Source: the human T2T-CHM13v2.0 reference genome, Homo sapiens
NCBI RefSeq assembly: GCF_009914755.1
Contig: NC_060925.1
Strand: one strand, 5' to 3'
Length of the DNA: 64,000 nucleotides
Position numbers and translations under genes: made by a program. Under the pieces are notes generated by a model that did not search any database, was not told the DNA's origin, and saw nothing but the letters and a program-made list of their open reading frames with translations. Below, one piece after another: positions 28,173 to 43,749 of the stretch. Each line of letters begins with the position of its first letter. Position 1 is the stretch's first letter.

Positions 28173-29779
28173 TTAAGTAGAGCAGCCTTATTTTGTAATG
28201 AATAATAATTTTTCTTTGAAAATAGTTTTGATAAAACTGAGGACAGTGTAGGTTTCATAAATCTCTGAATTAGTGGAAAACTGCAGTATCTGGACTCAAG
28301 AGGACCATCCTCCTTGGTTCCCAAGTCTATCACTAGGTCATTGCACAGTCATGAATAACTCTCTTCAAATCCTTGTGATTCAGTTACTCTTTCTGATAAT
28401 GAGAATATAGTTGAAAAATCTTTGTCATCTATGAATATATGAATCACTACAATTTGGTTATTTTTATTATCTCATTTTCAACTCTAAATTGAAGGATAGG
28501 AAAAAGAGATCTATGCAATGCAATGATGCATTCTGACTTTAAAAGATAGTGATATGTAATTCATTTGAAACGTGGGCACTGTTTGGAGAATTTTAATTAT
28601 TATGCTGAATATGTAGATCCTCAACTTGATTATGTAGTATATTAAATGTGTATTTTTTAGTAAGTGAATTCTTCCAGTAGGGAAACTTTTATATTGGGAA
28701 CAAGACAGAAATTGCATTTCTTTTAGAGTTTCTGAGAAACCATTTTTCTATAAAAATGTATGGTTGTTGCTGGATCAAGTGAAAGCACAGTAAAACCAGG
28801 TGATACGAGGAAATAGAAGAAGTTGAAATGATTAAATTTTAATCATTAAAATAACCTTATTTGTGATTTAAAAATTTTTATTATTTCACAGTTATTTACT
28901 ATCTATAATGATTTTTTTATTTTAATAAATTTAACCTCTTATATTTTTGTTTTGGGTAATTAAAGTGAGCCAGCCTTATTTCAGACTTACTGCCTAAAAA
29001 TATTTGAAGGATAAAATAGACCACACATTTTAAAGAAGTTTATGTAAATGTTTATTTTTATATATAATGTTTATTTATATGTTTGCATAAATATGTATAT
29101 GTGTATATCAACTTATATGTGTATGTGTTTGTTTGTGTGTATATATATGCATATGTGTATGTGTGTTTGTGTGTAATCTGGATAAGTCCACTTAAAATCT
29201 CTGAATCTCAATTTCATCATCTATAAAACGTCGTGGTGATGTCCACGTGAAGAGTTTGTTATTAGGATTAAATCTAATGGAATTATGGAACAAATCCTGA
29301 CATATTGCAAGTGCCAGTGTGTGGAGACAGTCAGTAAAAGTTCATGCCATTATCCTTCCTTTCATGCCAGACGTCGCCCGGGTTGAATGTTTGGTTTTCC
29401 TACTCACTATGAAACCATCATCAGAATTTTTTCTGCTTGCTTTTTCTCCAGTGTACAACATCATTAATGCTGACACCTAGATATATACATTTTATGAGAA
29501 TTACAAAAATAAAAGCAAGTGTATATGTTTTTAAATGGGCTTAAAATACTTATAGCTATTTTGGTGGATAAAAAACTAAGGGACAGAAGTAACTCATTTG
29601 GATTTATTTTTATCTAAGAAAAAAATGTCCTTAAATTACTTAGACAGATATATAATGGCTGAGACTGCTTCCTTGTTAGTGACAGGGCTCTAATTTTATT
29701 TAAATAATGTAATATGATAGAATTAGAACCGTGGAACGTGAATAATCAAAGAGACACTACATTGGTGTTCAAGAGATAT

Positions 29780-30320
29780 TGTAACATCACAGAACATATC
29801 TCCTGCCACTCACGACTTGCAAAGTCCAATTAACGAGAACAAGGTCTGGTAGAAAGAAAGTGACTTTTTCTTCCAAGCTTAGCTGAGGGGAAGCAGGACA
29901 GGTGTCTGCCTTATTGGGAAGTGCTTCCCCTTTCGGGGCAGTAGGCAGGGTCTTTTAATGGGGTCTTGGCGTGAATGACATGCAGGGAGTGAGGAGATGG
30001 GGGGTCCAGTGATTTTCTTCTGATGTCTTTTCTACCCGGTGGTCTGGCTGGCACCATCGCAGGCAGAGCTGTGTTGTAAATTGAGGCAATCTCCTAGTGG
30101 GAGGGAGTTTTGAGGGTGCCTGATTTGCTTCAAGGTTCCGTCTCTAGAACTTCTAAGTAAACACAAAGTCATATAAACTTGCCTTGTAGAACGCGTCTGG
30201 TGGAGACAGTAAAGGATATATTTTTATTCCTAACCAGTTAAGTAGGAGGTGGGGGGAGGAGGAGAAAATAAGTCATTATTATTATTATTATTATTATTAT
30301 TTTTAAATGAGGTAGTCAGT
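29780..30320 (-). mobile_element. ERV-type LTR shared by duplicons A and C
   Basis: GC-richer block starting tgtaac, paralogous to 63497-63980 and absent at the equivalent site in B (~47838). Subfamily not determined. Confidence 0.55.
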
Positions 30321-30779
30321 TAAAACGTGGCATTAAATATGAGATCTGATGTGCCATTTAGGATTCTGTCCTATGTTACATTTTCTCTTTTGAAAGTTAG
30401 GACTATAACTATCTCATGGAAAGTTGATCATAGACTGCCCTGTATAAAATACAAATGATAGAAATGTTTGAAATGTTAATTGTGTTAGTAATTTCAAACA
30501 GTATATATTCTACTTGCCAATAACTAAACTACTAATATAAATTACATACTATTGCATCACAATTAATGCTGATCTTGTACTGTTTCCAAATGACATATGT
30601 GAAAATAATTTGTTCTTCTGAATTGTCCTTCACAAATTACCAGAGGTCATAAAATAATTGGAAATAATTTGCTCTGTAGAGGCTGAGAAACTTGCCAGAA
30701 TTTTCTTAAAATGTATTTGGGAATCCAAATATGGAATAATTTCAGTACATTTTAATGTTTTTATGAGGATAAATATGCA

Positions 30780-31140
30780 TAAGGTAAACTGCACCATTTT
30801 AACTATTTTAAGTGTGGAATTCGGTGGCACTAAGTACATTTATGTTGTTGTGCAACCATCCCCACCATGCATCTCCAGAACAGTTTCATTGTCTCCAACT
30901 AAAATTTTGTTCCCTACACAATTATTCTCCCTGTCTCCCTTCTGCTATCCCCTGGGTTCCAGCATTCGACTTTCTGTCTCTATGAATTTGACTACTCTGG
31001 GTACTTCATGTAGGTGAATTCATACAATATTTGCCTCTTCATGGCTTATTTCACTGAGCATAATGTATTCAAGATTTATCTATGTTGTAGCATGTGTCAA
31101 AACTTCATTCACTTTTACAACTGAATATGTACTTACTACA
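30780..31140 (-). mobile_element. Old L1M 3' end
   Basis: L1MA/MB-like 3' sequence (tgttgtgcaaccatc...ctatgaatttgactactc...ggcttatttcactgagcataatg); continues at 32910-33530. Confidence 0.7.
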
Positions 31141-32935
<1,795 letters not shown>

Positions 32936-34902
32936 TTATTGACATCTTAACAGTGTTAAGCCTTCTAATCTATAAATACAGGATATATTTCCATTTATTT
33001 GTGTCTTCTTTAATTGCTGTAATCAACATTTTGTCATTTTTCAGTGTATAAGCCTTTTACCTTCTTGGTTATGTTTATTCCTAAGTGTTTCATTTTTTTT
33101 GATACTATTGTAAATAAAATCACAATCTCTTTCAGATTGTTTGTTGTTAGTGTATAGCCACTTGAAGCCTAGGCTCAAAACAGACACAGTTTTGTTTCTG
33201 TCACATTCAATGGGTCACAGCAAATTGTTAGTATATAGAAGTCAATAGCTTTTGACTATTGTTGCATGCTGCAATTTTGCTTATTTTGTTAATTATTTGT
33301 AACAGTTTTTAGTGTGTAAAATCCTATGGCTTTCTACATATATAGTTATGTCATATGCAAATAGAAATTATCCTGCTTCCTTTCTTTTAATTAAGATAAC
33401 TTTTTTTCTTCTTTTGTTCTATTGCTTTGGCTGAACTTCCAATAATATGTTGAATAGATGCAGTGAAATTGGACATTTGTGTCTTGTTCCAAATCCTAGA
33501 GTAAAAATTGTCATTCTCATTATTATCATGAAGTTGTGGGTTAAATTCTTAACCGTGATAGAATTTTTACATCACTTTAATGTTTTATTCAAGTAATGCA
33601 TAGACATGGTGTCCACAGTCCGCAGGCTAAAATATTCGACCCATAACAAACTCTTCCTGACCCCAAAGATAAGGACTTCAAAATTTCTTACCAGTCTTGC
33701 CCTGTTTTTGCCCATGTATTTTCAAACAATATGCTTATCTGCTAATGCTTGATTTAAGTATCTCAAATACCAGCCCTTGACTCATGACACAGGCCACTGT
33801 CACTAGTTACCTGCTCCCCCCAGCATCACTACCCCCAAACTCATTACCCTTCTCCCACTTTGTCCACATAAATACATTCCAATTTATGTCTGCAGCAAGG
33901 GGTTGACAACATCATCTCATCTGATAGAATCTATTGATTAAATACAAAAAATATATATTCTTGTAAAACCTGATGGTAATACATACATGCATGTATTTCT
34001 TCTGATTATTATTACTACTATTTCTCTCAAAAACTTAATATTTTATCTCTAGATAATTAAAATTTTTAGAAGTGTTTTCAAGGAGACACAATTTTCATGA
34101 AATTTTTTCTAGGAAAATATTTCTCACTTTGTGATTTAACATGCCATTTGAGTATGGTGGCTAATATATTTCAGTTCTGAGAATTTTTTTTTTACAATAT
34201 TGAGTTTATTATTATTTGCTATGTGCATTTCTGGGAATGCCTGTAAGTATATGTTGGTCCTGTTATATTAATTTTCTAATATTTCTCTCTCTTCTAATTT
34301 TCAATACTTTTAGGTTGTTTTCTTTTTTCCTTCTGATAGAATTTTCCCAATTTGTCTTTTGAAATTTTCATTTAAATTTTATCAATTATTGTATTTTTAA
34401 TTTCCAAGAGTCATTTATCGTTACCTGTCACATCCTTTTACATAGATAATGATATTTATTTTGTGGATTTCATAACATATCATACATATTTTCCTTCCTA
34501 AAGATAGGAATTCTTATTTTTAAAAAATCATTCTTTTTGCAGGTTTCTGATCATTTTAATCAGGGTATATATACATGTGTATTGATGTTTAAGTGAGTGT
34601 ACATCTTTGTGTGTGTGTATAGATGTGTGTTTGCACACTGTGTGGATCTTACTCTTTCACATTGTTACACTTCCTCAAAGGTCTGCTGACCTTTGGCTCT
34701 AAAATAATATTTAAGCCTAAAGACTTCAGTCCTTTTAGGCATTCAGTGCAAAGTCGTCCACTGATGTCTTCTATCTGGAGAAGAATGCTCGAACCACCTA
34801 TACCCAGGAAACTGTCAAGTTGCTGCTTCCTTTTTTCCATTTAAGTGAATGTTCATTTCTCCAAACCCCTTCTTTTGAAGGATCATAAAGTAATTTATTG
34901 TT

Positions 34903-35035
34903 TTTGCTTCCCTAATGCTTAGATTACATTATACTTTATGGATCCTCCTAAATAATTGATAAATATTCTTATGATCCTTTCATAAGACTTGAAGGATCCA
35001 CAAAGTCTATGTAATCTAAGCATTAGGGGAGCAAA
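34903..35035. repeat. ~45-bp imperfect inverted repeat with ~45-bp spacer
   Basis: tttgcttccctaatgcttagattacattatactttatggatcct and aggatccacaaagtctatgtaatctaagcattaggggagcaaa. Confidence 0.9.
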
Positions 35036-35775
35036 GATACAGAATACACATTCTATTGGGGAGAGCGTGAACAGAGACATGGAAGGTAAAATGAACTTGG
35101 CATATAGATATTCAGATGGGGGTCTGCACTAACTTAAGAATTCTGAAATTGGATGAGAAGGCAAAAGAGAATGGATGGTGGTAGACATTAAAAATGAACT
35201 GTATGAATTACATTTCATGAAAAAGGTACTTGAAATAAGGATGTATTCTACATTTCTAAATAGAAGAACCAAATAATGATGTTTAACTAATGAAAGTTTG
35301 ACTTGGAATTATTAGGCAAAGACAATTCAAGAAGGAAATATAAGTTACTCCAAATGAGCCATAGGCTGCTGCAGTTTTAAAGAATAAATGTAGAAAAAAA
35401 TCATCCTGAAAAAGTAGTGCTAAATTGTTCATAATATGGATCCATAACATATGCATAAAATTTACTGTTGCATGCATATGTTTTAAGAATAACAAATGAT
35501 CTTGATGACATCTGAGTTTGTGTTGGGCAGCAAACATTTGTATCCTACTGAAGTTTTAAGAGAAATGTTTTTTCCTATAAATGTATATATTTCTTATTAA
35601 AAATTGTGGTTATAAATATTTCTCTCACAAAATATAATTTCTGGGTGACAAAATAAGATATTTTTCTAAATAGGAAAGATTACTTCATCATTTAAGAGTT
35701 GTAAAATTGTATAAATAATTCATAGTCTAACTAAACTAAGGACTTTTTAAAAACTATTGGCTTACTGTTTTATAA

Positions 35776-36260
35776 CTAGTCCCCCTTATCCACTGCTTTG
35801 CTTTTTGTGGTTTCTCCTGAAATCAACTGTCATCTGAGATTGCATGGAAAATTCCACAAATGAGCACTTCATAAATTTTAAATTTGTTTTCAGTCATAGC
35901 CCAATGTTGCATTACCGTGCCTACATTGTTCCCCTCACTTTATCTCATCACGTAGACATTTTATCTTCCCCTGAAGCATTTTATCATCAGAAGAAAAATA
36001 AACACCGTTCAATAAGATATTTTGAGAGAAAGAAAAAAACTGCATTCACACAACTTTTATTACAGTATATAATTATAATTGTTTGGTTTTCTTTTTAGTT
36101 ATTTTTGTTAATCTCTTCCTTGCCTAATTTATAAATTAAACTTTATAATATATATTTATTGATACAAAAATAGTGTATATAGGGTTCAGTGTAAACCCCA
36201 ATTTCAGGCATTCACTGGCGGGCTTGAAATGCATCCCCTGCAGATAAGGGGGAACTACTG
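35776..36260 (+). mobile_element. MER44/Tigger7-derived non-autonomous DNA transposon
   Basis: Terminal inverted repeats tagtcccccttatccac and gcagataagggggaactactg, followed by TA. Confidence 0.82.
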
Positions 36261-36311
36261 TACTTCACTTACCCTTGTGTCTCCCTTCAGGAAGGATCAT
36301 ATGAATGCTCC

Positions 36312-37251
36312 ATGGAAAATTACAATCAAACATCAACTGCTTTCATCTTGTTGGGATTGTCGCCACCACCAAAAATTGGCCATTTCATCTTCATTCTCAT
36401 TAATTTCGTTTTCCTAATGGCTCTAATTGGAAACCTATCCATGATTCTTCTCATCTTCTTGGACATCCATCTCCACACACCCATGTATTTCCTACTTAGT
36501 CAGCTCTCCCTCATTGACCTAAATTATATTTCCACCATTGTTCCTAAGATGGTTTATGATTTTTCTGTATGGAAACAAGTCTATCTCCTTCACTGGGTGT
36601 GGGATTCAGAGTTTCTTCTTCCTGACTTTAGCAGGTGCAGAAGCGCTGCTCCTGACATCAATGGCCTATGATCGTTATGTGGCTATTTGCTTTCCTCTCC
36701 ACTATCCCATCCGTATGAGAAAAAGAGTGTGTGCACTGATGATAACAGGATCTTGGATGATAGGCTCCATCAACTCTTGTGCTCACACGGTATATGCACT
36801 CCGTATCCCATATTGCAAGTCCAGAGCCATCAATCATTTTTTCTGTGATGTTCCAGCTATGTTGACCCTAGCCTGCACGGATACCTGGGTCTATGAGTGC
36901 ACGGTGTTTTTGAGCACCACCATTTTTCTTGTGTTTCCCTTCATTTGTATTGCATGTTCCTATGGCCGGATTCTCCTTGCTGTCTACCACATGCACTCTG
37001 CAGAAGGGAGGAAGAAGGCCTATTCGACCTGCAGCACCCACCTCACTGTAGTGACTTTCTACTATGCACCCTTTGCTTATACCTATCTACGCCCAAGATC
37101 CCTGCGATCTCCGACAGAGGACAAGGTTCTGGCTGTCTTCTACACCATCCTCACTCCAATGCTCAACCCCATCATCTACAGCCTGAGAAACAAGGAGGTG
37201 ATGGGGGCCCTGACACGAGTGATTCAGAAAATCTTTTCAGTGAAAATATAG
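36312..37251 (+). pseudogene. OR2L1P: OR2L-family olfactory receptor pseudogene, single 1-nt frameshift
   Basis: 940 nt versus 939 for an intact 312-aa OR2L; extra T in the run 36560-36564; [19 protein letters not shown] and [12 protein letters not shown] are intact. Symbol from remembered order and spacing. Confidence 0.85.
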
Positions 37252-38045
37252 ACATACGTTCTGCCTTAGAGTCAAAGCGCTAGGTTCATATCAACTCAGC
37301 AGTGTACGGCGGTTAAGGAAAATATTATTACATGCCCAGTATGTCAAACGGAAATTAATCTAAAAGATTTGTATTTTAATTTAGTCTGGCATTTCAATTG
37401 CATATTCTAAGACACCTATTTTGGTTTTGTATTTGTTTCTTTTTATCAAAAGATAGATCGTATATTCATTTTTTTCCTAAAGTAGTGATCTATTAAAAGT
37501 TTACCTCAGGATAAATAATTATGTCTGGGGAGCAGTCTACTTGGCTTTAGATAGACAAGAGTTTCCCTATAAGAGGTTCTATACAGCTACCTTCTGTAGA
37601 ACCTCTTAGACTGTAGTTGACTTAGACTCAGTTGGGTGTCAAGTAGGTTATTTAAAACATTTGCAGTCACATCACAACACACTCAATGTTTCCCTCGTGA
37701 GTAGCCACTGGTATTCTCGTGCAAGACATTCTCTTCTGCACAATTTTATTTCTACTTACTCTTGTCATAAATCAACGGGTCTATTTAGCATGACTTGGGA
37801 TCAGCTCCTCTGCTCCACTATTTTTATACATGCTTAGGCATGTGCCCAAAAGGATCAACGTTATTTTCATAAAAGTTATCCGCTTAGGTCCTTTCTCTGA
37901 GTGAAAGGCCATTGCTTTCCAGAAGAGCCCATTCCTGAGAAACTCTTTAATCTCTGAGGAGAGGAGGCAAGAAGGAAGGTAGAATGAGCAAATGAGAAAA
38001 GCCCCGAATTATCCAAGTGACAGCAGTGGTGAGTGACTGATAGGA

Positions 38046-38430
38046 AGTTGGTCCTTGAACAACATAGATCTGAACTGTACAGGTCCACTTACATGTGGTT
38101 TTTTTTCTGCCTCTGCCTCTCCTGAGACAGCAAGACCAACCTCTCCTCCTCTTCCTACTACTCAGCCTACTCAATGTAAAGGCAACATAGATGAAGATCT
38201 TCATGACAAACCACATTCACTAAATAAGTAGTAAATATGTTTTCTCTTTCTGATGATTTTCTTCATAAGATTTTCTTTTTCTAGCTTACTCTACTGTAAG
38301 AATACAGTATATAATACATATAAGATACAAAGTGTGAGTTAATTATTTATGTTATTTTTTAAGGCTTCCTGTCAACAGTAGGCTATCATTAGTTATGTTA
38401 TGGGGGGAGTTTGAAGTTATATGCAGATAT
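38046..38430 (+). mobile_element. Tigger2a/MER28-like DNA transposon fragment
   Basis: gttggtccttgaacaacatagatctgaactgtacaggtccacttac resembles the Tigger2 terminus; ctgagacagcaagaccaacc internal motif. Confidence 0.75.
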
Positions 38431-39465
38431 GTTTTATTTCAACGTCTATTTTAGGTATGAGAGTACATGTGGATATTTTTACGTGGGAATATTGCATGTT
38501 GCTTAGAGTTAGAGTGTGGATCCTGTCACCTGGTAGTGAACATAGTACCCAATCAATAGTTTTTAATCCCATCCCCTCCCTCTAGCAGGGCACAGTGTCT
38601 GCTGTCACCATATTTATGTCCATGTGTGGGCCAATGCTTAGTTCCCACTTACAAGTGAGAACATTCTGTATTTGGTTTGTTCTTCCTCAGTCAATTTGCT
38701 TAGGATTATGGCCCCCAGCTCTATCCATTATCACTTGCAAACAGTATGCTCTTACTGTTTTTTATAGCTGTGTAGTGTTTCATGGTGTATATGTAGCATA
38801 TTTTCTTATTCCAATTCACTATTGATGGGCACCTAGGTTGATTGTAGGTCTTTGCTGTTGTGAATAGTGCAGCAATGAGCAATGAATGCATGTGACTTTT
38901 TGGTAGAATGATTTTGTGTGTGTGTGTGTGTATACAGAGCACTGGAATTTCTAGGTCAAATGGTATCTCTAAGTATTTTGAGAACTCTTCAGACTGCTTT
39001 CCATAGTGGCTGGGCTAATTTACATTCCCACCAACAGTGTATAAGAATTCCCTTTTCTCTGCAGCTTCACCAGCATCTGGTGTTTTTTTTTGATTTTTTA
39101 ATTATAGCCATAGTGACTGGTATAAAATGGTCTCTCATTGTGGCTCTGATTTGCATTTCTCTGATGATTGGTGATGCTGAGTAATTTTTCTTGTTTTTTG
39201 GCCACTTGTATGTCTTCTTCACAGATGTGTCTGTTCGTTGTTCATGTAACTTCTGCATTTTTAATGGGGTTAGTTTTTTGCTTGTTGATTTATTTAACTT
39301 CCCTACAGATTGTGGACATTTAATCTTTGTCAGATGCATACTGTGCAAATATTTTTTCCTATTCTGTAGGTTGGCTGTTTCCTCGTTGTTTTTTTTTTTT
39401 TTCTGTGCAGAAGCTCTTTTGTTTAATTAAGTGCCTCTTGTCAATTTTGTTTTGTTGCTATTGTT
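38431..39465 (-). mobile_element. Older L1 (L1PA/L1PB) 3' fragment
   Basis: ORF2 C-terminal remnants (IREMQIRATMRDH, NQPRCPS) and 3'UTR. Confidence 0.85.
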
Positions 39466-39789
39466 ACTCCTCAGGTAGAGGAATAAGTGTGTAGGTTCTA
39501 TCATGGATATTGAAATGTTTGCTCTCTGAGGCATGTCAAAAGTGAGTTCAGATATATAAAGAATGGTAAATGGAATCTAGACTTTCTGCTGAACCAGGAG
39601 TACCATGCCCCTCATTTATTTATTTACATCATCATTATAAGGGAGATATGGGATATGTAAAAAGTTTGTTGTATGCATGATACTTAGAGAAACAGATATG
39701 GGAGGTGAAAAAAGTAGATATGATTTAATCTTGATTCCTCAGCTAAGCCAACAAATTCCTGTGGTGCTATTTGGACAGACACTGAATGG

Positions 39790-39802
39790 AAAGAGACAGA
39801 GA

Positions 39803-39864
<62 letters not shown>

Positions 39865-39886
39865 AAGAGAAAGAAAGAGAGAGAGA
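39790..39886. repeat. (GA)n microsatellite
   Basis: Long gagaga run with GAAA interruptions. Confidence 0.95.
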
Positions 39887-40162
39887 CCTTGTCATGAAAG
39901 AGTTTGTAAAACCAATGGACATGCATTGGTACCTGTGGGACCTAGTGATGGAGTGTGACTCAGACCTGTGTAGAAAGGCTGTCTCTTCATTTCATTAACG
40001 AACACAATGTGTGGCAGGGATGCAGGAATGTCTCTTATTCTCTTTGGCATCTTAAAGGTCCTGTATGTTTCAGATTTTGTGGCATGGAGCTTTCCTAGGG
40101 AGAATCCCAACCACAATTGATTCCCATTTGGTCTCAGAAGCTGAGAAAAACTGAGAGTGATT

Positions 40163-40476
<314 letters not shown>

Positions 40477-40569
40477 TTATGTTACTATGACTGTAGCCTA
40501 ACACTACAAGTCTTGGTTTCTCTTCTTTCTGTCCTTCAATCCAGACTGGCTCTCAGACACACACACAGA

Positions 40570-40912
40570 AATACTACATGATCTTACTTATATTTTGGGT
40601 CTAAAAATAAGTGGAATAGATAGAAACAGAGAGTAAAATGGTGGTTACTAGCAGTGGGGAGGGAGAGAAAGAGCGTAGGTCAAATGCTACAAACTTGAAG
40701 TTATGTAGGATGAGTAAGTCTAGATAGCTGATGAAGACTATGGTTAATACTATTGTATTATATATTGAAATTTTGCTAAGACAGTGGGTTTTAAGTGTTC
40801 TTAGTAAAAAAAATCATAACTATGGAACATGCTGTATAAGTTGAGTGTGGTAATCATTTCAATATGTATATGAATGTCAAACAACATGTTGTATATCTTT
40901 AATAAAATAAAA
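40570..40912 (+). mobile_element. Old L1M 3' end
   Basis: gaaacagagagtaaaatggtggttac...tattgtattatatattgaaa L1MA/MB-type tail; partly paralogous to 22500-22660. Confidence 0.65.
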
Positions 40913-43047
40913 CATTTTCTGGTACATCTTTAATAAAATCAACACTCAATCAGACTGACTTGAATTATTCCTGGAATTATCTAATTAAAATATATTTTGA
41001 TGATCTCACTTTCCTTAGTATGGTATGTAATTCTCTCCATTGGCTAATTCCTTCCTTCATCTGACTCTACCTGGAACTTTATGTTCTCTTCATGTTAAAT
41101 TGAATGCAGTTCTCTGAACAAGTTTTGAAAAGCCAGTCCTCATGACATTAGGTCCAATAGCTTTTATCTTTAATGCATTGTTCTCTATTCTCATAAAGTT
41201 CTTTCACTGCATGAATCCTCATCACTCCCTTTTCTCAGTGTAAACATCAGGTATCATCTACACAAGGAAGCATTCTGAATGTACTTGTTAAACTCTATCT
41301 TTCCCTTCCACTCTCATAGATCCCACTATTTCTAATAATAACATGTGTCATCAAGATGTATTGTAACAATCTCTGTTCTCTATGGCTCCACAGACTATTA
41401 TCTGTTACCATCAGTGGCTTGCTCTTTTCCTCTTCACATGCCCAGATGTTGCACTTGAGTACCTGCTCTGCATTCAACCTATTCATAGCTCAAAGCATGC
41501 TTAGTTATTCTTAGCCCATTGCATTTTCACATAATAATTAGAGTCAGCCTGCAAAGTGTTTATAGAAAAAATTTTTGTGTTTCAGTGTGATTTTATACAA
41601 TCTAGAGCATAATTAGTGGAATAACAAAATATTTTCTATATCAGATTTCTTGATTCATTAATGAAACATATTTTACTATACATATGTCTATTTATGAAGA
41701 GCAGAAACCTATCCACATCTCAGTCAATATTCATCGGAATGATTTATTTTATAATTCCTCTAGCATTTATTTTTTGTTTATTTATTTTTTTGAGACATCA
41801 TGTCCTTCTGTTGCCCAGGCTGGTCCTTGTCACCAGGTCCTCACTTCCCTTAATTGCTTCTTTACATATCATCTTTAATTTTAGGAAACCTCAAGTTTTC
41901 TGTTTAAAATGTTTTCCAGATCCCGAATTACAATGGGTCCACTGACGCAGTGGGTCTGCAGAGCTTGTCTGAGAAACTGACTCAGTGCAGGATGCAGAGT
42001 CTTCATCTCCCTGTCTTATGACTTCACCACTCGCTTCTCCACCAATCAGCAATCCCCACATGTTAGCTCATCACTCATCCAGACTCCTTAAAAATGCCAT
42101 CCCCAAGCATCTCCAGAAGGCTGATTTGAGGCATCCTTCCTCTTCCTCCTTCAGCTGACCTACGATTGTTAAACTCTTTCTCTTCTCAACTTCTACTGTT
42201 TTGGTGTTTTGGTCTGCTACCACTCCATGGGCAATTGAACCCTGTGGGCCTAAAACAATCCTCCTGCCTCAGTCTCCCCATAGGTGGAATGACAGGCCTG
42301 TGCCACTGCGCCCTGCTCTTTTACAAACATTTGACATAAATGCTTATCACCTGAATCTTGTATCTTTGGGACATAGAATGGGACTTCTTTTCCAAATTGG
42401 TAAATATGATTATGCATTTAAAGATCCATGTGATTTAATGAATAATTCAAATGCACTGAACACAGACATCTAAAAATGTAAAATAAAGAGCTCAGTTTTA
42501 TTTACACTCTTTTTCTAAACTCTTCTTTCAGAATAAACCAAGTTGTGGCCTACTCTATGCTTGGTTTTGTGCTTTGTACTGTAGAAGTGTAAAATAGTCA
42601 ATTTCTATGTCCAGAAAACTCTCAGGGAAAACTGGGTATTTCAGGAGTAAGTTGCTGACTTATATCCCCCATATTTGCATACATAACCCTTGTGGGTAGT
42701 TGTGAGGTACACCTAAACATCTTTCTTTTTTTTACAGAAATTCCCTTGAAGTCTGTCTTCCCACATCAAATAAGGATTCTTACCTCCTCTTTCAGCACAA
42801 ATAGGTTTTGTCATCTGTCTTTTGAAGATGTGGAAACAGTTCCCTGGTTGCACTAGACATGGCACCTACTATTATGTTAATAGCCAAGGTTTTAAACTTG
42901 ACAAAAAAAATTTTCAGCTTTTCAAATGCAGGAATATTGAAACATCTGTACATTCTGACTTTCAGGAAATTGTCATTTCCAAGAATGTACACCAACTACC
43001 CTGACTGGATCATTATACAGCATATACGTGCATTAATATATCAAATT

Positions 43048-43141
43048 GGCTGGTCTGAGTGCAGTGGTGTTTACAATTGATCACAACCAGTTACAGGTTT
43101 CTTGGTTCCTTTCCACTCCCACTGCTTCATCTGACTAGCCT
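43048..43141 (+). pseudogene. Y3 RNA (RNY3) retropseudogene
   Basis: ggctggtctgagtgcagtggtgtttacaattgatcacaaccagttacaggtttcttggttcctttccactcccactgcttcatctgactagcct matches hY3; A-rich tail; atatcaaa repeated on both sides. Confidence 0.93.
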
Positions 43142-43749
43142 ATGCATATCAAAATAAATATAAATAAAAATACATATCAAAATGTGTCAAATAATTTATC
43201 TATTAAATCCATGTGGAGAAATTCAAATACTTTTAACATTCAAAAAAATTAAAATGAACTAATACCTTTTTTCCCATGTAGGTGGTATAATTTATTCATT
43301 TACTAGAAACAAGAAATTAGAGAACACTTAAAGCACTCTACTGAATAAAAATTTATTCAATTACTATTTTCTAAATATTAATAAAGCAGAGTAACATCAT
43401 TTTATCATCTGATTTAATAGGAGAAAATCACTTTATAATTTAGTGAGCATTTCCAAATTAAAAGAAACAATTTGAATGTGTATAATACCTAAAATATGTT
43501 AGAAGATAACTCCCATGTATGCGATATTTTAATAATTTCTACTTATGTGTTTCTATTAAATTAACCTCATTCTATTTTAGTGGTTTAAATCTTACTGCCA
43601 ATATAAACCAAACTGAGAGAGAAATTAGTGAATGCAGACACATTGTTACTGTGGATGCCTGAATAACAACATTCAAGCTATAGAGTTTCATGAAGTTTAG
43701 AAACAAAAAAAACTGAAATAATGTGAATAAATATATTTGTTTCTTTCTC

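Noticed and set aside
36538-37251. 237-aa ORF as a standalone receptor
   Set aside because: Post-frameshift part of the pseudogene; lacks the N-terminus and TM1-2.
39677-39998. ERERER-rich ORFs
   Set aside because: (GA)n microsatellite translation.
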